DNA from: an uncultured Flavobacteriales bacterium
Lineage (GTDB): Bacteria > Bacteroidota > Bacteroidia > Flavobacteriales_D > Crocinitomicaceae
Direction: 5' to 3'
Assembly: GCA_913059205.1 (NCBI GenBank)
Contig: CAJXRM010000001.1
Location: forward strand, 22,636-86,635
Length of the DNA stretch: 64,000 nt
Part shown: positions 27,181 to 34,163 of the stretch, piece by piece
Numbering within the stretch: the first letter of the stretch is position 1
Layout of the letters: every line of letters begins with the position of its first letter
The notes under the pieces: generated by a model
Databases searched by the model: none
What the model was told of the DNA's origin: nothing
The model's input: only the letters and a program-made list of their open reading frames with translations
Made by a program: the position numbers and the translations under genes

Positions 27181-28761
27181 ATGAAAAGAATAATTTTATC
27201 ACTCATAACAGTTATAGCCACGTTTTCGACATTCGGACAGGCTCCAGAAGGGTTTAAGTATCAAGCTGTAGTACGCGATGCTGGAAACGCTATTTTGGTT
27301 AATCAAGCAATTGGAATGCGCTTAACAATCCAACAAGGAAGCATAGGAGGTACGGCTATTTATACAGAAACCTTCGCGCCAACAACGAATGCCTATGGTC
27401 TTGTTAATTTGGAAATTGGTTCAGGGACAACAGTGGATAATTTCTCCATGATAAATTGGGCAAATGGTCCTTTTTATATGGAAACGGCTGTGGATGTAAC
27501 CGGTGGCTCAAGCTATTCTGTCATGGGAACGAGTCAATTAATGAGCGTTCCGTATGCACTTTATGCAAAAATAGCGGAATCTGTTACTAATGATGCAGTG
27601 AATGATGCTGATTCAAATCCAACAAATGAAATTCAATCGCTTCAATTGGTAGGACAAAACCTTACAATCACTGGTGGAAATACGGTAGTTATTCCTGGAG
27701 GCGGGAATACTTTAGATCAAGCTTACGATCAGGGAGGAGCTGGACTTGGAAGAGTTATTACTGTTGATGCGGGTGAAGTTGAACTGTCAAATGCAACACC
27801 AAATGGGATTGGATTGAGAGCTACAACTACAAATACGGGTGTAGGAATATTAGCAACATCATCAAATTCTGCGAATGGGTTTTCTCCAATACAAGCGAGC
27901 ACTAATGCCTCAAGTACCTTAACGTCAGCGATTGTTGGTAGTACAACAGGTGCAGCTTCTGCGGTATCTGGACAAGTTCAATCGACTGCAACTGCTGCAC
28001 AAGGAGTTTATGGAAACAACTTGAGAACAAATGGTGGATATGGAACGTATGGAATTGGACATAGTGGGACCGTAGGTGAAACAAACTACCAACTTGGATT
28101 TGGACTTTATGGACGAAATTATGACGCAATCGGACCATTGGGAAATGCAGTTGGAACTTATGGTATGGGTTACATTGGTGTTTGGGGAGATCAAAGTGAT
28201 CCGCTTGGCTACTCTGTATACGCGAATGGCGATTTTGGAGCCGCAGGAACTAAGGCGTTCGCAATAGATCACCCACTGGACCCGGCAAACAAATACCTGA
28301 AGCATTACAGTATAGAATCCAATGAAGTTTTGAACATGTATAGAGGAACGACTGCATTCGATGCGAACGGTGAAGCGGTTGTTACAATGCCAAATTATTT
28401 CGATGCGGTGAACACAAACTTTAGCTATCAATTGACACCAATTGGTGGATTTGCACCGCTATACATAAAGGAAAAATTGAATAATGGAGTATTTGTAATT
28501 GCAGGTGGGCTGCCTGGAATGGAAGTGTCTTGGTCTGTTTATGCAGAACGAAACGACCCGTATTTGCAGCAACACCCTGGATCAAAACAAGTTGAGGTGG
28601 TTAAGGAAGATTGGAACAAAGGAAAGTACTTACAACCAGATTTATACAATGAACCAGCGAGTAAGAAAATTGTTAAACAACTAGAAACAGGTGAAGCAAC
28701 ACAGGAAGGTGGTGTTGAGCAGAAGGAGGTTCAATTGATGGAAAGTAACAGAGAAAAGTAA
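27181..28761 (+). CDS. secreted tail-fibre/adhesin-like protein
   Basis: Signal peptide. An N-terminal FKYQAVVRDAGNAILVNQAIGMRLTIQQGS...AYGLVNLEIGSG module is followed by NDADSNPTNEIQSLQLVGQNLTITGGN, as in tail-fibre-like Bacteroidetes proteins, and a Gly/Thr/Ser-rich middle. I recall the C-terminal block IDHPLDPANKYLKH..ESNEV.NMYRG...YQLTPIGG..PLYI...VSW as a recurrent domain of unknown function. Confidence 0.45.
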   Translation: MKRIILSLITVIATFSTFGQAPEGFKYQAVVRDAGNAILVNQAIGMRLTIQQGSIGGTAIYTETFAPTTNAYGLVNLEIGSGTTVDNFSMINWANGPFYMETAVDVTGGSSYSVMGTSQLMSVPYALYAKIAESVTNDAVNDADSNPTNEIQSLQLVGQNLTITGGNTVVIPGGGNTLDQAYDQGGAGLGRVITVDAGEVELSNATPNGIGLRATTTNTGVGILATSSNSANGFSPIQASTNASSTLTSAIVGSTTGAASAVSGQVQSTATAAQGVYGNNLRTNGGYGTYGIGHSGTVGETNYQLGFGLYGRNYDAIGPLGNAVGTYGMGYIGVWGDQSDPLGYSVYANGDFGAAGTKAFAIDHPLDPANKYLKHYSIESNEVLNMYRGTTAFDANGEAVVTMPNYFDAVNTNFSYQLTPIGGFAPLYIKEKLNNGVFVIAGGLPGMEVSWSVYAERNDPYLQQHPGSKQVEVVKEDWNKGKYLQPDLYNEPASKKIVKQLETGEATQEGGVEQKEVQLMESNREK

Positions 28762-28968
28762 TTGGATGGTAGAAGCTGGTTTTTATGTAATGAAACCTGT
28801 AGTTTAAAGGATAGTTTTAGTGGGAACAAGGTGTATTTGTTGCGATGTTAAAACTTAATTTGTCCGTTTTACCTATGATTTAAAGCAACTCAACGAGGAA
28901 AAATGCTTTTTAAGCGAACTCTATTGTATTCGCATTACTTTAAACACCTTATTTCGAGCGAATTGAGT

Positions 28969-28976
28969 TATATTTG
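28969..28976 (+). promoter_or_regulatory. Bacteroidetes-type -7 promoter box (TATATTTG)
   Basis: Matches TAnnTTTG inside the 5' end of the track ORF 28903..29388 and 11 nt before the internal ATG at 28987. Confidence 0.35.
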
Positions 28977-28986
28977 TTTTGCAGAT

Positions 28987-29388
28987 ATGGATACCGATTT
29001 GGAAATAACAAAGGTGATGAACATTGTTCATGGAGTAATAGAGCTAAGGTCTGATAATATTTTATCTTTTAGACCAAACGCTGCTACTTTTAAGAATTAT
29101 GATCACAAAGTTTTATCGGATTTGTTGGAAGCTTTTATTGAAATAACAGAAGGTATACCAAGACCTTATTTATGCGATAACAGTTATGTTTCAGGAATTG
29201 TTAACAAGGAGGAATTGGCCTATATGAACGAAAACTTTGGTCGCTTCGCTACACATGCAGCAATGATTACCAGTTCTAATTTGATTCGAGTACTTCTAAA
29301 CAGTTACAATACCCTTTTTAAACCAAAAGTGGAGCTTAGATTGTTCAACTCAGAGAAGAAAGCCGTTGAATGGCTTTTGTCAAAATAA
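28987..29388 (+). CDS. hypothetical protein (133 aa from the internal start), possibly STAS/SpoIIAA-like
   Basis: ORF with a promoter box upstream and a strong terminator downstream. The family call rests only on a weak resemblance. Confidence 0.35.
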   Translation: MDTDLEITKVMNIVHGVIELRSDNILSFRPNAATFKNYDHKVLSDLLEAFIEITEGIPRPYLCDNSYVSGIVNKEELAYMNENFGRFATHAAMITSSNLIRVLLNSYNTLFKPKVELRLFNSEKKAVEWLLSK

Positions 29389-29400
29389 AAGAAATAACCC

Positions 29401-29436
29401 AAAATGGCGTCCAATTCAATTGGACGCCATTTTTTT
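29401..29436. terminator. bidirectional rho-independent terminator
   Basis: AAAATGGCGTCCAATT-C-AATTGGACGCCATTTT is a perfect 16-nt-arm palindrome followed by TTT. It lies 13 nt after the plus-strand stop (29388) and abuts the stop of the minus-strand micro-ORF. Confidence 0.75.
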
Positions 29437-29518
29437 AGCAACAGCTATTTGGTGTGCATTGACACGTACATGTGCAGTTACAGTTTTGATTTGTACAGCA
29501 CGTTTCTTGATTTTCCAT
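29435..29518 (-). CDS. 27-aa cysteine-rich peptide (metallothionein-like micro-ORF), not in the ORF track
   Basis: The minus strand reads ATG GAA AAT CAA GAA ACG TGC TGT ACA AAT CAA AAC TGT AAC TGC ACA TGT ACG TGT CAA TGC ACA CCA AAT AGC TGT TGC TAA, which is MENQETCCTNQNCNCTCTCQCTPNSCC. It has 9 Cys in 27 residues. An ECF-like promoter motif lies 34 nt upstream and a terminator follows immediately. Confidence 0.5.
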   Translation of the reverse strand: MENQETCCTNQNCNCTCTCQCTPNSCC

Positions 29519-29551
29519 GACTTTTATTTTAATTAATACTCTTTATTAAAG

Positions 29552-29577
29552 AGACGGAAGAATAAAAAAAAGACGCA
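29552..29577 (-). promoter_or_regulatory. ECF-type promoter candidate TGCGTC-N15-CGTCT (upstream of the Cys-rich micro-ORF)
   Basis: The minus strand reads TGCGTC TTTTTTTTATTCTTC CGTCT. The same half-sites and identical 15-nt spacing recur at 30130-30155. Confidence 0.45.
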
Positions 29578-29580
29578 AAA

Positions 29581-30114
29581 TTAGCACGAGCAGTTATCGA
29601 TGTTGGACGACATTATATTTCCGTATCGATCTGATTGTACTGCACAACATTGTGTAAATAGTTCTTTTAACTTCTGTCTTCCACGTTGAACTCTTGACTT
29701 TACTGTAGTATAAGAGAGACCAAGGTTTTCGGCATATTCTTTTTGAGAAATTTCTCCGTAAACGGTTTTTTCCAATGCATCCTTATATTTTTCAGGTAAC
29801 TGACTAATAAAGGGCATCATGCATTTAATAAATTGTGGATTTAAGCCGGATTCTTCATTTTGTTCTTGATGAATTATTACATCTTCAACCAACGGCAATT
29901 TCTTTTTGCGATAATGATCGATAATGGTATTTCGAGTAACTTGATATATCCAACTTGCAAGTTTATTTTCATCCAAAAGTTGATTTGAGTTTTGGTGTAT
30001 TTTAATAAAAACTTCTTGAAGTATGTCTTCAGCTACTGTCTTATCATTAATTCTTGCCTTAATAAATCCTAATAATTGACCGCTAAACTCTTTCCAAATA
30101 CGCTCTGTATTCAT
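29581..30114 (-). CDS. ECF sigma-70 family factor with Cys-rich C-terminal extension (SigZ / CorE-like)
   Basis: Region 2 (AEDILQEVFIKIH, WIYQVTRNTIIDHYRKKK) and region 4 (SQKEYAENLGLSYTTVKSRVQRGRQKLK) are present. An extra tail follows (FTQCCAVQSDRYGNIMSSNIDNCSC). No anti-sigma gene is adjacent. Confidence 0.7.
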   Translation of the reverse strand: MNTERIWKEFSGQLLGFIKARINDKTVAEDILQEVFIKIHQNSNQLLDENKLASWIYQVTRNTIIDHYRKKKLPLVEDVIIHQEQNEESGLNPQFIKCMMPFISQLPEKYKDALEKTVYGEISQKEYAENLGLSYTTVKSRVQRGRQKLKELFTQCCAVQSDRYGNIMSSNIDNCSC

Positions 30115-30129
30115 ACTTTTTTATAATAA

Positions 30130-30155
30130 AGACGAATGCGAATAAAAAAGACGCA
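30130..30155 (-). promoter_or_regulatory. ECF-type promoter candidate TGCGTC-N15-CGTCT (upstream of the sigma gene)
   Basis: The minus strand reads TGCGTC TTTTTTATTCGCATT CGTCT, ending 15 nt before the sigma ATG (30114). Confidence 0.45.
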
Positions 30156-30173
30156 TTTTTAAAACGCATGAAC

Positions 30174-30818
30174 CTAATTTTGATTGTAAACTAGTGTAAA
30201 AGTTACTTTAATTTCATCTTTGTTGATGTCCTTAGCGGTTACTTTATCGCGCAAAGGAAAATCAAGGGTGTTTACGACAAAAGAACCGGATAAAATATGT
30301 TCGCCATTTTCTTTAGTTGAGGAAATAGTAACATTCATTTTCTTAGACGTATTTTCAATTGTAAGTTCGCCATTTGCTTTAGAATCTGTTATTTCTGTTA
30401 AAATAAGAGTAGAATTTGGATGTTTTTTTATATCAAATAAGCCATTCCCTTTTTCTTTGGCAATCTTAAACGAAGCCATGTCAAAAATTACTGTAGCTTT
30501 CGTTAGGGCTTCATCCGTTGTAGTTAATTCTCCGTCTTTTAATGTTGCACTTCCGTTTGAGTTTAGCTTAACGGCTCCTAATTCGATATCAACAATTTGT
30601 CCAAACAGTTTCGTTTTTTGCTTTGTCGGTTTTTGATCCAAAGTGCGCTCCCAGTCCGCGCTGCTTTTATTGGGATTTAACGTATACTCCGCTACGATTG
30701 CTTCAATTTCTTCAACGGTTTGATTATCGGATTTGGGTGTTGAATTATCCGAAGTGTTTTCTGCACATGAAGAGAATAACAATCCAATTGTACAGAATAC
30801 CATAAATGATTTTTTCAT
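30174..30818 (-). CDS. YceI-like lipoprotein
   Basis: Lipobox LLFSSCA. The pattern YTLNPNKSSADW...ATVIFDMASF...LFDIKKHPNSTLILTEI...ANGELTIENTSKKMNV resembles the YceI polyisoprenoid-binding fold. Confidence 0.4.
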   Translation of the reverse strand: MKKSFMVFCTIGLLFSSCAENTSDNSTPKSDNQTVEEIEAIVAEYTLNPNKSSADWERTLDQKPTKQKTKLFGQIVDIELGAVKLNSNGSATLKDGELTTTDEALTKATVIFDMASFKIAKEKGNGLFDIKKHPNSTLILTEITDSKANGELTIENTSKKMNVTISSTKENGEHILSGSFVVNTLDFPLRDKVTAKDINKDEIKVTFTLVYNQN

Positions 30819-31003
30819 AGAGTGAAATTTTAGGTTAGGATCTAAATATACAGAAAAGATGTGGTATTAATTTCCATTAATATCAGAAGTTCTCAGCAAA
30901 TTACAGACATTTCGATACTAAGAATTGCGTTTTGACAAGTACAAGGATTTGTTGATACTGAATTGTACGTAGCATCTATTCCTTTATAAACCGGTAGTGA
31001 TTT

Positions 31004-31936
31004 TTACATTTGCTCCAAAACTGCTATCCTTTTCTCTATTGGAGGATGAGTGGCAAAAACGCCAGAAATGGAAGCCATAAACCCTTTGGTAGATTCGCTG
31101 TTGTCGATGAACATTTGTTTTACATCGTCGCTTTTTGCTTCAATGTCTGAGTTTCCTGAAATTTTACGCAGCGCATTGGCCATAGCCAGCGGATTCTTGG
31201 TCATTTCGACTGCACCAGCATCTGCTAAATATTCGCGCTTTCGTGATAGTGCAAACTTGAAAACGATGGAAAGCGCATAAACGACCGCCGCAATTGCTAA
31301 CATTACAAGAATAGCTGCGCCTCCACCATCTTTTCCGTTGTTCTTTCTCCTCCCTGCTCCGCCGTACAATACTGAACGGAAAAGAACTTGTACAGCAAAC
31401 GCAAAAATTCCAACAAAAATGATTGTTATAATTAACAAACGAACGTCTTTGTTGCGAATGTGTGTTAATTCGTGTGCAATAACACCTTCCAACTCTCTGT
31501 CGTCCAATTTTTCAATTATTCCACGAGTTAAAGTTACAGCAAACGTTTTGTCATTAATACCGGAGGCAAAAGCATTCAAAGAATCAGTTTCAATAATGTA
31601 CAATTTAGGCATTTTCATTCCCACAGACATACACAAATTCTCCGTCAAGTTGTATATGCGCATATTGTCTTTTCGCTCTAAAGTTTTGGAATTGGTCGCC
31701 ATTTGAATAAGCGCGGAGTGAGACGCAAAGGCAATTAAAAACCAAATAAGAACCCCGGCAACTACAAATGGAATGTAGGTGATAAAACGGTAGTTAACTT
31801 CTTCCCATTCAGGTTGAAACATGAAGAAACAAAAGGCATAAACCGCTACAAAAATAAGTAGCGGAAATGCAATAAGTAAAAGAGCAGAACGTGTATTGTT
31901 TCTGCTAATTTGAGCGTGTAATCCTACGTATTTCAT
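31004..31936 (-). CDS. M48 family zinc metalloprotease (HtpX-like)
   Basis: HELTHI (HExxH) motif, four TM segments, and a C-terminal FATHPPIEKR typical of M48. Confidence 0.8.
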   Translation of the reverse strand: MKYVGLHAQISRNNTRSALLLIAFPLLIFVAVYAFCFFMFQPEWEEVNYRFITYIPFVVAGVLIWFLIAFASHSALIQMATNSKTLERKDNMRIYNLTENLCMSVGMKMPKLYIIETDSLNAFASGINDKTFAVTLTRGIIEKLDDRELEGVIAHELTHIRNKDVRLLIITIIFVGIFAFAVQVLFRSVLYGGAGRRKNNGKDGGGAAILVMLAIAAVVYALSIVFKFALSRKREYLADAGAVEMTKNPLAMANALRKISGNSDIEAKSDDVKQMFIDNSESTKGFMASISGVFATHPPIEKRIAVLEQM

Positions 31937-31943
31937 TCAATAA

Positions 31944-32507
31944 TTAGAATTTTACTTCTGGTGCAACGTCCATTTGAGCACGTCCGGCATCACCTAAATC
32001 AAACATTGGTTGAACAGTATATTTCTTAATACTTGCCACGATATTTGATGGAATGGATTCCACTGCATTGTTGTACTCTTTTGTTGCTGAGTTAAAGAAA
32101 CGACGCACGGCAGCTAATTTATTCTCAATATCCGAAATCTCGTGTTGCAATTGCATAAAGTTTGAGTTCGCTTTTAAGTCTGGATACGCTTCAATTTGAA
32201 TTTGGAAAGCGCTCATCGCCGCACCTAATTCTTTTTCTGCTGCGATTTTATCGTTTACTCCTGAAGCACCCATTGCTCGAGATCGAGCCTCCGTAACGCG
32301 AGTTAACACACCACTTTCGTGATCCATATACCCTTTTACTGCTCCCATCAATTGAGGAATCAAATCATGACGTTGTTTCAATTGCACATCAATATCTGCA
32401 AACGCATTTTCGCGGTTGTTCTTAAGTGCAACTAATTTGTTATTTGCTGAAATGTACCAAAGAATAAGAATCAATAAAATTCCTCCTCCTACTAATAATC
32501 CGATCAT
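31944..32507 (-). CDS. lemA: LemA family protein
   Basis: N-terminal TM helix, then NKLVALKNNRENAFADIDVQLKQRHDLIPQL...; 187 aa. It is immediately upstream of the M48 protease, which is a common pairing. Confidence 0.8.
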   Translation of the reverse strand: MIGLLVGGGILLILILWYISANNKLVALKNNRENAFADIDVQLKQRHDLIPQLMGAVKGYMDHESGVLTRVTEARSRAMGASGVNDKIAAEKELGAAMSAFQIQIEAYPDLKANSNFMQLQHEISDIENKLAAVRRFFNSATKEYNNAVESIPSNIVASIKKYTVQPMFDLGDAGRAQMDVAPEVKF

Positions 32508-32632
32508 TTTTAAAGTTTAAATTGTTTATCTAAAGATATGCTTTTTTTGAATATTCACAACAAGCCTATAATCAGTGAACTAAAAATTATGATTTTTTGT
32601 GTATAAGAATTAAAATAATATTTTTTCCCTCC

Positions 32633-32660
32633 TGTAACTTTTCTTTAACTTGTCAGTCTT
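32633..32660 (+). promoter_or_regulatory. ECF-type promoter candidate TGTAAC-N17-GTCTT
   Basis: Resembles the generic ECF -35 (G)AAC / -10 CGTCT layout and ends 23 nt upstream of the sigma ATG (32683). Confidence 0.3.
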
Positions 32661-32682
32661 ACATGTATAACCAAACAATTGA

Positions 32683-33165
32683 ATGACTGCACGAGAGTAC
32701 AATTTAGCGGTAGATGATTACTCGGATAATATTTTCCGATTTGCATTGAAACACCTCAAAAACGAGATGTCAGCTAAGGATATTGTGCAAGAAACGTTTG
32801 CAAAAGTGTGGTCGAAACATGAAGACATCAACGTAGAAAAGGTGAAATCGTATTTGTTTATAACGGCTTACCACGCAATTGTAGATTGGGTGAAGAGTGA
32901 AAAGCGTTCGGGAGATATTGAGCAAACCAAAGAACAAGGAACAAGCGGGAATGTGTCATTTGACTTACAAAGTGTATTAAATGAAGCGCTTGAAAAATTA
33001 CCGGAAGTTCAGAAGTCTGTTGTTTTATTAAGAGATTATGAGGGATATAATTATGCAGAAATTTCAGAAATAACAGGACTGAATGAATCGCAAGTGAAAG
33101 TGTATATTTTTAGGGCACGATTGACTTTGCGAGAATATCTAAAACGACTTGATTTAGTAATATAA
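32683..33165 (+). CDS. ECF sigma-70 family RNA polymerase sigma factor
   Basis: 160 aa; region 2 (AKDIVQETFAKVW, YLFITAYHAIVDWVK) and region 4 (YAEISEITGLNESQVKVYIFRARLTLRE). Confidence 0.8.
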   Translation: MTAREYNLAVDDYSDNIFRFALKHLKNEMSAKDIVQETFAKVWSKHEDINVEKVKSYLFITAYHAIVDWVKSEKRSGDIEQTKEQGTSGNVSFDLQSVLNEALEKLPEVQKSVVLLRDYEGYNYAEISEITGLNESQVKVYIFRARLTLREYLKRLDLVI

Positions 33166-34163
33166 TGGAGAGAATAAGTATATTTAATTATGAAGCATTC
33201 TACCTCGATTTTCTTGAAGGAAATTTGAACGAGGAGGATACTTTGTTGCTTATGAGTTTCTTAGAGGCAAATCCAAACTTGCAAGTTGAAATGGATGACG
33301 AACTTCCGATTTTTGAGGAAGAAAACGAAGTGCTTGATAATTTTTCGAAGTTGATGCTAAAATTAAACATCGATGAAGAAGTAATCACCTCTGAGAACGT
33401 CGATTATTTTATAATTGCTCATTCAGAAGGATTGTTGGATGAGGTTAAATCAAATGAATTAACCAACTTTATTTCAGGAAATGTCGTTTTGGAGGACGAA
33501 AGTAAATTAGCTGGTTTTGTTTCTTTTCAGGCAAATACAGAAATCGTTTATGCTGATAAATTAGGATTGAAAAAGAAACGAAAAGTGTTTGTTCTTTGGC
33601 CTTATGCTTCTTCTATTGCGGCTGCTTCAGTTGTAGTTTTTTTCATGAGCATTATTGATGATGCTCCTATTTCAGTTGATCCAGTTAGAGTGAAAACGGT
33701 GAATACAGAGTTACCTAATGGAAACAACCACAAAATTGTTAAACACGATGGTGTTCACTCTTCTTCAAATTCAAAGGATGAGTTGAGAAATTCTATTAAC
33801 TCAATTAATATTAATCAGGTTGCTACTGTGGGAAAGGGAAATAAAATTAAACAGAAGGGTGTAGATAAAATAAAAAGTAATCCTGCGGGCCCTATTGCTA
33901 CTATTAATGAACAAAAATTAGCACCAATAGGAACAAGGTATTCCAACCCAACAAATACAGCAAATCAGAACAAAGAAGTAGATGTATTGGCGCTTTCTCC
34001 TAAATCGGAGATGCATAACCCAATTGAGCCTTTGACTAAGTTTGTAAGTAAAAAGACCAATACGGAAATAGATTTTAAAACGACGGAAAAGGTAGAAGAC
34101 GAACGCCGAGGATTTCATTTGAAAATTGGCAAGTTTGAAATCTCAAGAAATAAGCGCCGTTAG
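33165..34163 (+). CDS. putative membrane-anchored anti-sigma factor
   Basis: Its ATG overlaps the sigma stop by 1 nt. It has a short N-terminal cytoplasmic domain, a single TM helix (WPYASSIAAASVVVFFMSII) and a low-complexity periplasmic tail. The call rests on position only. Confidence 0.45.
   Translation: MERISIFNYEAFYLDFLEGNLNEEDTLLLMSFLEANPNLQVEMDDELPIFEEENEVLDNFSKLMLKLNIDEEVITSENVDYFIIAHSEGLLDEVKSNELTNFISGNVVLEDESKLAGFVSFQANTEIVYADKLGLKKKRKVFVLWPYASSIAAASVVVFFMSIIDDAPISVDPVRVKTVNTELPNGNNHKIVKHDGVHSSSNSKDELRNSINSININQVATVGKGNKIKQKGVDKIKSNPAGPIATINEQKLAPIGTRYSNPTNTANQNKEVDVLALSPKSEMHNPIEPLTKFVSKKTNTEIDFKTTEKVEDERRGFHLKIGKFEISRNKRR

Noticed and set aside
27925-28431. 168-aa and overlapping 78-aa minus-strand ORFs inside the tail-fibre-like gene
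   Set aside because: These are shadow ORFs opposite a Gly/Thr/Ser-rich coding region, where the codon repeat keeps the antisense frame open. The translation is Cys/Ser/Ile-rich with no recognisable motif.
30220-30636. 138-aa plus-strand ORF overlapping the YceI-like gene
   Set aside because: It is antisense to a gene with a lipobox and family-like motifs. It has no independent signals, so I treat it as a shadow ORF.
30174-30818. YceI-like lipoprotein considered as a third member of the Cys-tailed sigma regulon
   Set aside because: I found no TGCGTC-N15-CGTCT motif in its upstream region (30819-31003). It lies upstream of the sigma promoter rather than downstream, so a link is not supported by the sequence.
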